Positions 27,827 to 42,989 of a DNA stretch of 64,000 nucleotides are shown in pieces (position 1 is the stretch's first letter; each line of letters begins with the position of its first letter). The stretch is taken from assembly GCF_009914755.1 (NCBI RefSeq), contig NC_060931.1; one strand, 5' to 3'. Source of the DNA: the human T2T-CHM13v2.0 reference genome, Homo sapiens. The translations under genes and the position numbers were made by a program. Below the pieces are notes generated by a model that made no database searches, was not told where the DNA came from, and saw only the letters and a program-made list of their open reading frames with translations.

Positions 27827-29672
27827 TCACCTCAGAACAAAATATTCCTGGAGAAGACCAAATTTGTACTCACACATTGAAAGGGGAACAGAAAAAAATA
27901 ACCCAAATTCTGCAAGTAATAAATCTAAACTTTGTTTTTAAAACAAAAACTAGTTTTGTTGTGTGCTGTGATGGGAGGAGGGCAGTTCTCATTTATTCTA
28001 ATGCTAAGACTTCAATTAAAACCTTTTTGGAACTCTGCCTGTGACATCCTTTTAAATCCCTACTGGTGGCAAGCCACTGGCATTTCAAGGAAGATCTGTT
28101 CTCTGGTCTCACCAAAGACGGGTAACGGCAGTCAAGATGCCTCTTTGTTTACACACTAGGAAGTAGACAAATTATACAGGTGGGGGGAAAAGGGGTTTGC
28201 TTTTTGTACGTTTGGACTGTTTCCCAGAAAGAAATTACACATACATAAAAAATTATATCTTTTCAGGGGGTTCATGGATCCTTCTAATTTTATTATATAC
28301 TTACTTACCTGCCACCCAGGGTTTATGAAACATTGATAAATGCCTGCTCTAAAGCCTGAAATATTCACAATAATTCGGATACATTTTAAAGCTGTGTGTA
28401 GAACAATCAGTTCCTACAGCAAAGTCTTCAACAAATAGTTTCTGTTGCCAACATAATGCCATGCAGAGGCCCCGCGAATTGATGAGTGCCCAGAAATATG
28501 ATATATTATGATGAAAACCACAACACATATATTGTGTTTTGGGTAGGGTGAATAGGAAGGAAATCATCACTTTTCAACATGTAATGATTTAATACCATTT
28601 CTTTAACAGATTTCTAATAACTAAAAATTTCCACCAAATACAGAGATTCCCAAAAGAAAATAATGAATCCAGCCAGAGTCAACAGATCTAGCCACACCCA
28701 GTGACACTTATTGAGGCCTAGTAATGCTGGATCTTGGGTATTTCTGTCTGATGCTCCAAACTGTCAAAGTTATTTAACACTATGTATCTGTTACTATAGC
28801 CTTTGTTTTCCTGACACGCACATTTCACTCCTGACTCAAACTGAGCTTGTGGGTAATAAAACCCTTAGTCTTTTTCATATGAATTACTATTAACTCAAGT
28901 CTACTATAACTTAATTAGTTGCCTCACACAAGTAACACAGGCAGGACATCAGATTTAATCCTATTAAGTTGCATCCTAGTTTGGCTCATCCTGCCAACCA
29001 GAACAAATGCTTGGAATCTGGATTCTGTCATGTTGGCTCTTCCTCAGTCAACTTACCCATGGATGTGTAAGCATGCCTCTGTTCACTCTGTGTATACAGG
29101 TATTCAGAGAAGCACTCATCTACCTCATGTACTGCCAACCGGCTCAGGCTTCTGTATCTTGTCCACCCCCAAAGTGTTAGATGTCTAATTAAGAATCACA
29201 ATATCCACCACACCCAAGCTAGTCATTTTAGGCACGTACAAACTAACGTCCTGGACAGGTAATCTATCGTCCTGGATGGGTAATCTATCAATTGTGCATT
29301 TACCGAGGGCTATGCCCTTGGCTTGTTCAGAGGGCACCCTGGAGGTAGTTCCAGAGACAAGTCCAAAACTCAATACTCTAAGAGTTTTTTCCACTTCTCC
29401 CAGCTCTTTCAAAGGGAAAACATACAGTATAATGTTAATAACTGTGTGTAACATCCAATCCTTTTCTTACAACTAGTTTTTTAAAAAGTTATAATTCGGG
29501 CTGTTATTGTATAAGGCTAACAATATCAGCGTTTAGTTTCTGTTTTTCCTTCCTTTTCCCTTTTTGCCCCAAGCCTTCTTGTAAGTGCTGCTAGCTATTC
29601 ATCCACATGTAGATTCAGTCCAGAAGATACTCAAATTAGACATCAAATAATCAACTCAAATGAAGATCACTT

Positions 29673-29832
29673 TAATCCCAGCTACTCGGGAGACTGAGGC
29701 AGAAGAATCGCTTGAACCCGGAGGTGGAGGTTGTAGTGAGCTGAGATCATGCCACTGCATTCCAGCCAGGGCAACAGAGTAAGACTCCATCTTAATAAAA
29801 AACATAAATAAATAAAAAATAAAAATTAAAAA
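29673..29832 (+). mobile_element. Alu right-arm fragment
   Basis: taatcccagctactcggg...actccatct plus A-rich tail. Confidence 0.9.
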
Positions 29833-29892
29833 ACATTATTTCTTGGAAAAACATATCAGAAACTAAAACCAAGCTTTTAGCTTTTCTTTCAT

Positions 29893-30290
<398 letters not shown>

Positions 30291-30661
30291 TGAAACATTA
30301 AAGTTTAAAAAAAGGGGGCGAGGGGAGAAAGAGAAGCAGATTAACCTGTCTTATGCTATGTGGCTTCAGTATGATCAGAAGGCCATGGGAAGACATGACT
30401 CGAAATTATAAACATCCCTGAGGCACAGGAAGAGTAAAGGCACATGAAGAATCAGTTGGGTCTTCTGAAGAAGGACCCACTGAGTGTTCCACCTTCTGAG
30501 AGCCTCCTTCTTCTTCCTTTCCTGAAATCATGACAGTAAATCATGTATCCCTGTTACAATGGCATCTACAAGAGATGTGAGATGTACTTCAAGAGATGCT
30601 GGAAAACAACTCTACATGGCTGAGATGAGAAATGGCTTGATTAAAAACCAAACATACAAAC

Positions 30662-30666
<5 letters not shown>

Positions 30667-30714
<48 letters not shown>
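30667..30714. repeat. (TA)~24 microsatellite
   Basis: Direct read; uninterrupted. Confidence 0.97.
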
Positions 30715-30715
<1 letters not shown>

Positions 30716-33534
30716 CCCTGAGGAAAGGGTAGAATTGCAACACTAAAGGAAAAATGCCTAGAAATGGGTTGTATTTCGTTTTCCAGGAATCAAGCAATGT
30801 GGTCAAAGTGTTTATGCAGACTAGAACAAATGTTAGGATATGCAAGAAGTCTTTGGTGTCTGATTACCTGAGAAAAAGGAAGAAATGGAAAAGTCAAGGA
30901 AGCAAAAGAACTTCCACCTGGTGTGATCATCCTGTCACCCCTAGCCATGTGATGAGCACCTGTAGAAATCAAGCTCTTAAGCTTCCTCACCTGTCAAAAA
31001 TACCAAAGGCCATCTTCTTCAGGTGACTGGGACAACTGAAACTTTAGGAATGAATGAAGTAATATGTGTGAAAGTCCTTGTAAGGTATCCACTGCATTAC
31101 AAACATTAAAGGACACAAATGTGTTCACCTGAGGGCTGTGTCTCCCTGCCTCTCCTAGCACCTTCTCTGGTGTCTCCCTGCAGAAAATACCTCTCCCAGT
31201 TGCGTCAGGAGGCGGCCCTTCACCTCTCTTGCACCCCAGGCATCAAAGCCCAATTCCCAAGGAAAGACAGAGACTTATTAAATTTCCCTGGCCTCTTTTT
31301 CCCCACCACTTCCTTTAGGTCTTAGGCATAAAGGCAGGTGCCAATTTGTAAGACTGCCTTAGGCAATACCTGACCTGTTGCTCTTGCACAATGAAAAGGG
31401 AAGCAGGATGTTAAAAAGACTTAAAGTTCTAAGGGGGAAAATGTTTCTCTCCCAGATTCCTTGATAAATCCTTCACTTTGTGGTGAACACCCATTCTCCA
31501 GTACTACAGCAAAACATAAACCTGTTTGACTTGAATTCTACTTGTTCCATGTATAATTTTTACCAAGAGATCAGCCATTCTGAAAAGGCAACTTTATAAC
31601 AAAGGGAAACATTCCATGCTGCCCTAGAGCCTGCATCAGCAACACAAAAATATTACTTTGGCCATTTGAGAATTAATAAGTTACAAAGGTGTGCCACTTA
31701 AAAAAAAATATTTAAACATTCCTGCCATATAAGAAAATCCCCACATTTTCCTGCTTTGGTTTTTTTTTTTTTTTTTTTTTAAACTGGTTTTCTAGGCAGC
31801 TCTGCCCTTAAACATTCTCTGATTGGTCCTGAATTTCCTCAGTATATACTATAATCAGTTGGGGAAAATTAATAAATGCAAAATACAATCATCTAATCTC
31901 TCTAAAGATGATAAACTATTGGGTTTTTCTTTTTAAATAAAAGGCACACTAATATCCAGACAGGGACAACAAAAATCATCTCAGGGTAGACCTACGTTAT
32001 AAACTGGGAAAAAACCCTCAGATCTAGTTTAATTATCAACTCTGCCTCCATTCCAATTCTATATCATGCCAAAGTCTCTCCATCATCATCCTATTTAAGA
32101 TCTAGAAAAGCTTCTTTAAGGGTAGGCCTCACTTAACTTCAAATTAATAGTCCACAATTGACACAGGCCAATTAGATAGGCTTAGAGATTCTGGCGGCAG
32201 CATATCATGGCAAAAGAATCATTTATTTTGCTTCTCATGCCTTTTTGATGTGGACACTGTGCTGAAAGCCCAAGGAAGCTTTAATCAATTCTCAAGTTGC
32301 TAGGATCGTCCACTCAAGTTTATTTTGCCAGCTCTGCCTGGTATGAAACTGTCAATAGATATAACACAACAGGATTTGTATCTCTCTTTCTCTCGCACGC
32401 ATGCTGTTGCACATGCACAGCAATTTCCCATGTCTCTTTTTCTTCTTTTAAAACTCTTCATCTTGGATGGTAAATCACCTGCCCAATCAATCCAAAGTGG
32501 GGAAAAAACCAGTCCTGAAGGATGGTGCTGATAAAGAAGTCAGGGCCAGGGCAGGTCTTTTTGCATGCTAATTCCTGCTTATTCTAGCTGTACCTGCAAA
32601 CACAGCTCTAAACAGACTATTTCTAATACAGGGAAAGGTAATTACACTCACAAAGGCACCTCTGTGTCGGGCCGGGCACCAGGAGCCAGCAGGTCTGGGA
32701 GACGGAGGCTTAACAGAGACTCCAGCAGTGAATGCACATTGTCTAGCACGGGGAAAATGCCAGACTGGGGACCCTGCAGCATTCAAGACAACAGTGGTGC
32801 ACCTTGTCTGAGAAGGTTATTCAATGCTTCTGGCACCTGTCGTCAGAGCCACCCAGCCCTCTTTTCCTACCTTACAGGTTTAGAATTTATTTGGCATGTA
32901 TAATTATATATTTTGATCCCAGAGCTACAAACAATGGGCAGCATGTCATGACTTGATCCCTTAGCATTCCTCTTGGCTTCCCCCAAGCAAGTTAACCCTT
33001 AGATACACAGCTTGGCAGTGCCTCTCCAGCCCAGTCAAAGGATGGTTAGACCCCACCTACATGGCTGAGATTTGAGGAGGGTGAGTTTGAGTGTCTTGCT
33101 GAGAAATAGCAATGGTGCCAAGACCTATTATGTGATTGTGTCACTTGTGTTAAAACCAAATAAGCCAGCCAACATTTGAAGACTTGATATCAGTGAACAT
33201 GGAAATTACTTCAATTTGAATATGAAATATGAATGACTATTACTTGGCTTCTTTAATCCAGGGACTTTAGGGATATGGGTTCTCCTTAATTTCATTGCAA
33301 TTCTAACAAAATCATCTTGACAACTCTGTTTCTTGTAGGAAATGCTGCTTGGGTCAGTGCTAGTTCTCTATTGTTCTAGTATTGTACACTGCTTTGCCAT
33401 CAACAATGCTCATCACTGAGATGGACTGAAAACCCTAGACATGGTACAGAGGAATGTTATCACATGGAATTTTAGTCCTGAAGCTGCTAGTCATGTCACC
33501 TTCACAAAGCTCATCTGTAAAACATGTTCCACCT

Positions 33535-33779
33535 TTTCTTTATTTCTTTATTATTATTATTTTTTGAGACAGTGCTGGAGTGCAGTGGTGCAATCTTGGC
33601 TCACTGCAACCTCCACCTCTGGTTCAAGCAATTCTCCTGTCTCAGCCTCCCAAGTAGCTGGGACTACAGGCGTGCGCCACCATGCCCAGCAAATTTTTGT
33701 ATTTTTAGTAGAGATGGGGTTTCAACATGTTGGCCAGGATGGTCCTGACCTTTTGACCTTGTGATCTGCCCGCCTCAGC
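33535..33779 (-). mobile_element. 5'-truncated AluS
   Basis: Antisense Alu ending at ...cccgcctcagc, abutting an LTR piece. Confidence 0.9.
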
Positions 33780-33872
33780 ACTCTCTGCTGTGATTCTGGG
33801 GGCTGCCTGATTCACGAATCATTCATTGTACAATTAAACTCCCTTACTTTGGCTGAAGTTTTACTTTTAACA
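33780..33872 (+). mobile_element. ERV1 LTR 3' fragment (MER57-like)
   Basis: gggggctgcctgattcacgaatcattc...caattaaactc...ttttaaca resembles the MER57 3' terminus (from recall). Confidence 0.55.
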
Positions 33873-34244
33873 AGACTAAACATTTACCACTTTTTTTGCT
33901 ATTCATTCCTGACACATCTCCACCTGGGATCACCTTCCAGAATTTCCTTCATTAAGGTTCTACTGGTGACACACTTTCTGAGTTTTGCTAGTCTAAAAAA
34001 TATCTTTACCCTTGTTCTTAAAAGCAATTTTTACAGGGTATACAAGTCTAGGTTGAAAAGTTTTTTTCCTCCACATACTGAAGACACCCCATTCAACTGT
34101 CTTCTGGCTTCCACTGTTGCCATTTTTAGGTTAGCCGTCAGTTCAACTGTTGCCCCTTTGAAGGCAAATTGACTTTTTTTCTCTGGCCACTAAAGAGCTT
34201 CTCTCTAGCTCTGGTGTTCAGCAGTTTTCCTCTGATGTGTCTAG

Positions 34245-34552
<308 letters not shown>

Positions 34553-35780
34553 GAATTATATGTTTCTCTTCTCTTGCCCCTTAACATAGATCATTTTTAA
34601 GGCAATGATACTGTACACATCTTTGGTACTCTAGCATCTAATAGTGTTAGCATTCAATATACATTTGGTGAAAGAATAAAAGAATGGTTAAAAAAATTGA
34701 TCATTTGCTGTTACTTTAAGGGATCCTTTTTTTCTGGTGTCTTTAGCACACTCAATTCCTCTGGGCATTGTTTTATAAAAATAATATTTTTCAAGCCATC
34801 TCCTTTTAATTTGCTATTCTAAAGTTCAAAGCAGAAGACCTGGCCTGGAGAGGTTGTTGACCACACAGCATTGGAAATTACCCAGGACTGGAATAATGTG
34901 GAAGAAACTAGGTATTCCTGCAAGAATCCCTTAGTTGACACTCAATAATGAAAAGTTGATAACAACTAACACATCATGTGTACTATGTGCTCAACTCTAT
35001 CCTATATGCTTTACATGCATTATTTTAGTAAATCCACACAACGATACTATGAATAGGTAGGTATGATTATTATCCTCTTTCTACACACGAGTCAATGATT
35101 CATCTGAAGCACAGGGGAAGTTTCGTAAAAAGAAAAATTTTTTTTTCAAACTAAGTATTGGGTACTATGCTCACTACCTGGGTAACTGAATCATTCATAT
35201 CCCAAATCCCAGCATCATGCAATATACCTGTGCAACAAACCCGCACATGTTCCCTCCAATGTAAAATAAAATTTGAAATTATTTTTTAAAAGTTCTTTTT
35301 TTTTCCAGTTTTTGTTTAATACAAGCTTTAAGCAGAGATTATGGACATTACATGACCTGTAGTATTTTTCAAATGTTCACACATATTAGATACAAAACCT
35401 GACTCCTTGAGGTATACTTGATACCCTCTCCTTAAATTTCTAAAAATCCTTCCTTAAATGAGAGAATAAAAGTCCATCAGGAGTAAGGCACAACATTTTT
35501 ATTTATTTATTTACTTATTTCAATTTTTGATGTTGGTATATTTGTGAAAAGACTCAGTCACTCTCTCTCATACATCAAGAATATGTACACTTAGACACCT
35601 CATATGAATAGAATCATGCAGTATTTGAAGTTCTGTGACTGCCTTGTTTCACTTAATATAATGTCTTCCAGACTTATCCATCTCATTGCAAAAGCAGGAT
35701 ATCCTTCCTTTTTAAGGCTATAATATACCATATTTTCTTTATGCATTCCTTTGTTGATAGACATTTGGGTTATTTCATAG

Positions 35781-36145
<365 letters not shown>

Positions 36146-36202
36146 TGATTTCCATTCTTTTGGATGTACACCCAGAAGGGGGATTGCTGGATCATATAGT
36201 AG

Positions 36203-36586
<384 letters not shown>

Positions 36587-36887
36587 TACCACCAAAGATT
36601 TCAATTTCTCCACAACCTCACCATTGCTTATCTTTTGTTTTTTTTTTTTTTTGCTAATAGCTATCCTAACAGGTATGAAGTGCTATCTCATTGTAGTTAT
36701 GATTTGCATTTCCCTGATGATTAGTGATGTTGAAAATTTTTTACATCCTTTTTTCACATACATACGTGTTGGCCATTGGTATGTCCTCTTTGGAGAAATA
36801 TCTATTCTAGTCCTTTGCTCATTTTTAAAATCAGCTTCTTTTTCTTCACGGTAGCACCAGCTGATGTCATATTAATTTTGCGCATTC

Positions 36888-37207
36888 CTTTCTTTTTTCT
36901 TTCTTTTTTTTTTTTTTTTTTTAGACACAGCATCTCACTCTGTTGCTAGGGCTAGAGTGTGGTGGTGCAATCATATAGCTCACCGCAGCCTCGAACTCCT
37001 GGGTTCAAGTGATTCTCCTGCCTCAGCCTCCCAAGTAGCTGGGACTACAGATGTGTACCACCATGCCCCGCTAACTTATATTTATTTATTTTTGGAGGGA
37101 TGGTGTCTTGCTATGCTGCCTAGGCTAGTCTTGAATTCCTGGCATTAAGAGATTGCCCTGGCCTCCTGAAATACTGAGATTACAGACGTAAGGCACCATG
37201 CTCGGCC
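36888..37207 (-). mobile_element. AluJ
   Basis: atagctcaccgcagcctcgaactcctggg AluJ-type. Confidence 0.88.
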
Positions 37208-38009
37208 ATATCTTTGTTCTCTTGATAGCTGCCCTGTCCTACCCAATATACTGTGAGCAGGGACTTGGCTTTAAACAGCCATCTCCTAAAGGCTGGAACA
37301 GTGCCTGGCACACAGTAAGCTCTCAATGAGTGTGTTGAGTGAGTGAATTAATATGATTTACATTTTAAATGGATCACTTTGGCTGCTGTGGCAACAGTGG
37401 ATTTAGGAGAGTCAAGAGACAAAATAAAGAAAGCCCTGAAGAGGCTTTCACAGATGCTCAGATGAAGGATAAAAGTAGAAATGGATGGGTGAGAACTACC
37501 ACTAGGCTGGTTGTAAAACCACAGCATGTCCCTGGGTATCAGAAAACTAGAATGGCAATGTGTTCTCAAAGTAGACTAAACAACTGCTTCCTTCAGGTCC
37601 GGCTGTGAGCACGTAAAAATACAAGTTTTTAAAAGATGATAAACTGAAGAATTAATCTTATGAGTACTTATATGTTACCAAGAAAAAAGGGATAAACTGA
37701 AAAAAACTGGATAAAATCTATTAACACTAAAAAGTGCACATGTCCTTTGACCTAACAACTTCAATGCTAGGAATTTATCTTTTCTAAGCAATCACAAAAG
37801 TATGTCAAAATATACATAGGGATGATCACCATGGCATTGCTTGATATATCTTCAAACTAGAAACATATTCATCAACAGCAAACAGTTAAACAAAAAAATT
37901 TCCATAGTTATTAAATAAAATGAGGAAAGAGCTTTAAGATATATTGTGTTTGAAAAGATTCTATTTGTGTTAAAACACAATTTTACTTAAGAAAAGTAAA
38001 ATATTCTCC

Positions 38010-38430
38010 TTTCATTTTAATTTTAGATTCAGGGGGTACACATACAGGTTTGTTACAAGGATATATTGCATGATGCTGAGGCTTGGGCTTCTATTAATCC
38101 TGTCAGCTAGGTACTGAGCAGAGTACCTGAAAGGAAGCTTTTCAGCCCTTTCCTCCTTTCCTCTTTCCCTTCCTCCTGTTGGTGTCTTTGTGCTCATGTG
38201 TACCCAAGGTTCAGCTCCAACTTACAAGTGAAAATGTGATATCTGGTTTTCTGTTTCTGCATTGATTTGCTTAGGATAGTGGCCTGCAGCTGCATCCATG
38301 TTGCTGCAAAGGATATAATTTAGTTCTTTTTTATGGTTGTCTAGTACTCCATTGTGTGTAGTTTCCACATTTTCCTTATCCAATCTCCTGTTAATGGTAA
38401 CCTAGGGTGATTCTATGTCTTTGCTATGGA
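38010..38430 (-). mobile_element. L1PB-type 3' end
   Basis: ttttagattcagggggtacacatacaggtttgttac...gcagctgcatccatgttgctgcaaagga. Confidence 0.85.
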
Positions 38431-38949
38431 AAACATACATACTTTTCTGATGCTGATATTCGTAAAATTTTTGAAAGAGAAATACTAATCTGAGCAGAAA
38501 GTTTTTCTTTTTTTAAGGATATATTAATATAAAATCTTCAGCAGTGGCTATCCTTTGAAGAGAATGGAGCAGTAAAGGGTAGAGAGATAATTTTACTTTT
38601 CTTCATACACCTTTCTAAATTACTTGATTTTTTTGAAATATAAATTATATTTTACTTTTTAAACTAAAAAAATCAATCTCTCTTTGAGATAACTGGCAGA
38701 ATAAATAAGAATGTACTGATATATCATAACTTGCTTTCTGAGTTTATGAACAATAGCTCCAATGAATCATTTATACACACATTATAGATGAACACATGTA
38801 TACAACATTTATGTATATGGATAAAAATATCTTTGAATACTGTCAAATGCAGTGGAAAAAAACAATGCCTTTGATTAGAACACAGCAGACAGAGTCCATA
38901 TTCCTAAGTGACCCTCCAAGGTAGAATCAAGGTTTAATTTGTGATTATA

Positions 38950-39620
38950 GAATTTGAAAACTTTTCAACAGTGCTTGATGGATCCCAGCTGTCATTGCTT
39001 CACTGACCATGTTTTGTACTCAAAAAGAGACATGGACAGTTCCACTGCTTCCTAACGAAGCGTCTTTTTGGCCTAATTAGCTGTGCTGCCATTTACTGTT
39101 AAATGATAAGTTTCATTCCATTCCTAAAGTATAATTTGTCCCCTCATTAACGCTCTGACAGCTCCTACGGAAAAGGTAATGTTCAAAAGTAGATGGATAC
39201 AACTTTTTTTGCTATGTTAAGTTTATTTGACTTTTATTTTTATGCTCCAGGGGTTTATGCAATAAAACAGAAGTTATGCAGGGAAAGGGAAATACATTCT
39301 CATAATTCTTTTTAAAAAGAAGTAGACATTGCAGATTTGTTTTCTTAGCTACATTACATTCAAATAGCTCTTTCAAAGGCAATTAATTATGCTGCCTTCA
39401 CTTCAGTCACCTACATCCTCTGTGCTATAACTAAATCTCTCTAAATATTAGCATTTTAGAGGGGGGCTTTATTTACATTGTTTACTATATTTGTGCTAAA
39501 CTATTTCTTACTTTAGGAATGCAAAATGTTTACCATTTTCCACTTTTTTTCAGTTGCAAATGTATTTCTAAAACAAGTATTCTAATTGCCACTTACTGGG
39601 AAGTCAGAATAGTTTGCTTA
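38950..39620. promoter_or_regulatory. Candidate developmental enhancer in SLC25A13 intron 14 (PBX-HOX, MEIS, homeodomain and TCF motifs)
   Basis: Repeat-free stretch with TGATGGAT (38976-83), CTGTCA (38989-94), TAATTA (39074-79), TGACAG (39156-61), TTCAAAG (39372-78) and AATTAATTA (39381-89). Function is inferred. Confidence 0.5.
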
Positions 39621-42422
39621 TTTTGCAAGTCAATACAGAAGAAAAACAGAAAGCCTGATTTTCCAATTTAGGTAAGGTTAAAGCTCAGCAGGCCTAAACA
39701 CACAGACAGAGCCAACCACTCACCCTTCTTGGGTCTGGCATTGTAATGTTAACAACAGAAACAAAAGAACAGAGGGAAGGAGAAAGATTACCTGTCTCAA
39801 CTAAATCTAGGACAGTGGTTCTTCTTTTTAAAGACCCACCTGGAGGGACACATACCAGGTTTAAAAGTACTGTGTGAGGTCACCCCTAGTCATTTGCATT
39901 TTTCTAGCCAACCAGGACTAGAAACAGAAAAGCTTTATTACTAAAAAGTGCTATCCTGAAACAAAAACACATTAAACTACAAAGCAATGCTAATGCTGTG
40001 ATGCTCCCTAGAAAGATGGATCTTAACCTGCTGTGATGTCTGACCACGTAAAGGTGAAGTGGGGTGGGGCTGGAGAAGAGAGGTTCACATGAAACAAAGC
40101 CCAAGACAGAATGCTGGGAATATATAAATGAGGACCAACCAGACTTGTAATACAAGAGCTAATCAGACTGAAAGGAGACCAAACCACAGAGGTCAACATC
40201 TGCTGAATGAAATCCTGACTCCCGGGTCTCTGAATGTAGCTGATACTGATGACCAACAGGAAGATAGAGATTACTAGGTCACTTTCTTGCAACAAAATCA
40301 AGGTTCCAGAAGCTCAAAGCATTACTGATTTTCTTGGTAATTACCAGTACACCAAAAACAGCATTTTAGAAGGGAGCACCAAGCCCTGTGGAATGCTTCT
40401 GAACTAGATTAAACTACTAGACTAGTAATTAAACTAACTTCATATGGGAGAGTTCTCTTGCTCAAACTTGAGCAATCCTGCTCATTTCAGGAAAGCAATT
40501 TTAGCACAAAAGTGGAAACAAGAAACTTCTGAGCCTCAATTTCAGCTCAGATACCATGGTTGGCAGCCTCTATTCACCTGAACTACAAAACCAGGATACC
40601 AACTACTTCCAAGAAGTGTTAAAGGGGATTAAGATTATTAAATAATGTGAAGATGAAAAGCACTAAGTCCCAGTATTGTATCATTTGCAGGTAGTTTAAC
40701 AGTCTCTGTTTCTGTATCAGCAAACAAGTTCCTACCATTTTACTCATCTAGACATTTCAATAACAGTCACTGCCACAGTACCTAAGTGCTTTTTACCAGA
40801 CAACCCATTGAAAGACTCCTGGCATCTTGTCAAAATGACATGCTGCTACATCATATTACAGACTGCAAGAGCCTAAAAATTTAGAAAAGATGATTTTTCT
40901 TCAAATTGATCAATGCTATGCCTCATGACAACAGTGTTTATTTTTTACAGCTGGGTAATAAATTGGTAAGCAAAATAGCTATAGAACATTGTGTTATATT
41001 GTAGAATCACAGATTGAGCATTTTAAGTTCTACTTAAAAAAACAGCAGGTTTATTCCTAAGTACCACATATGCCTAAATATAAGGCAAAATTTTCCCCTG
41101 CTAAAATTAATCCCAGAAAAGAGGGCATCACTTTATATTCAATCTTCACAAAGTCTCAGATCATGGAGTACTCTTTCCAATCACTTGACCTGGAGAAGCA
41201 GAGTACCATTCGGGGAAGGCAGATTCTCCTGAGACAGCCACAATTATTACTAATTCTGGATGTTTACTGAGGTCACTTGCAAAACTCAGGTTAGAAAGAA
41301 AAAGAGTAAAAAAGTATTTCTGGGAGGAGGATCTCACAAATACTGTGTCAAATGTCAAAACAAGTCATTTCAAGTTTACTCTAGCAATATGGTAAGTTGT
41401 TACATTATGGGGACCAGTTATATCCATTCAGGATTAACTGGGAATAGGAAAAAAGCAATTGACTGTCTTAATATTATGTGTCTATGGGATAAAATTTGCA
41501 GGAACAATATCATACATAAAAGTCAAAAATGCTTCAAATTACAAAGCTTGGGATAAAAATGAAGACAATGTATTCTGCAAAACCATGCTAACAGATGACC
41601 TAAAAAGTGGGTTAAATGGAGCTCAAGATGCTGATTCAAAATTCATGAATAATTTTAATATTTCTTGATATGTGTTTATAGAAACAAAGCAGTATAAATT
41701 TTATATAATGTGACTGTATACATTTCTGTGTAAATAAATGAAACTATCTTAAGTAGACATTTTATTTTTCTCCCATATCCCTAAAGGTTTACTTAGTCAA
41801 GCTAGCGTAAAATGTTTTTTTAAAAAATTCTTCATTGAAAACTTGTGTATACATTATGTTTGATAAAGCCTTATAGGTTGGCATATAGGCAGACAGTTCT
41901 AGTAAATTCCATTATAACTTTTTGGTAGAGCAGTATGAATAAAAAATTTCAAGAATCATCTAGAAGTTTGGTTTTGTAATCATTCTGAAAAAACATTTTC
42001 TAAATGAAAAATGATTAAGATTTATAATAATTAAGACAAGGCATACATATATAGAGAAAACATGGATCGGACCATATGCATAGGATCAGAAAATAAATTA
42101 TGATACAGGTTTCTCCTTGAACTGAACTCAGCGTATCAATAACAAATCCAAATAAAATTCTAGCCAGTGTTGCTGCAAAGAGCTGCACTGAACAACTCTA
42201 GAGGGCACGATTCCTATCATAGTCATCCTAGATTTGTGTATTGATGAGGATAGTTTTTTGGCAGATGGCAGGAAGGGGCACCTCCTTCTAATTGGCATGA
42301 AGGTGCCTCTGCAGCTTGGGTAGAACATCTTCTCCAGGTGTAGAAATGCAAAAAAAAATGGATTTCATGTTGAAGAATAGTTTCTGCATTAGGAGATGAG
42401 AAAGTAATCAAATAAATGACTA

Positions 42423-42581
<159 letters not shown>

Positions 42582-42939
42582 CTAAAAAGAACAAAAAAGA
42601 TTTAGGATCAAAGCAAAGAAATGGTAAGGTGGGTCAGGAAGAGATGAATGATTATTCTCAAGGATAAAAATATTCTATCCTCAAGAGAATGTAGTTTCAG
42701 CCCTTGTCCCATCAATCAAAATGGTTAGGGATTACAAGTATGAATCAAAATACAGTTACTGCCTAGGAAGAAGCCCTATGTCCTTAATGTGGAGGCTGAA
42801 GGAGGGCAAAGACCAGAGATTTCTGTTGACCTCCCCAAGTCCTCACACTGAAATTACAAATGCTCCTTGAAGCACAAACAACTGCCACCACAGGACTCAA
42901 AGCCAAGGGCACAAAGGCAGTAATAAAATGAAAAGCATT

Positions 42940-42989
42940 CGTATCCAAATGAGGAGACACAGAACGTATCCAAATGAGGAGACACAGAA
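42940..42989. repeat. Perfect 25-bp tandem duplication (cgtatccaaatgaggagacacagaa x2)
   Basis: Direct read. Confidence 0.97.
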
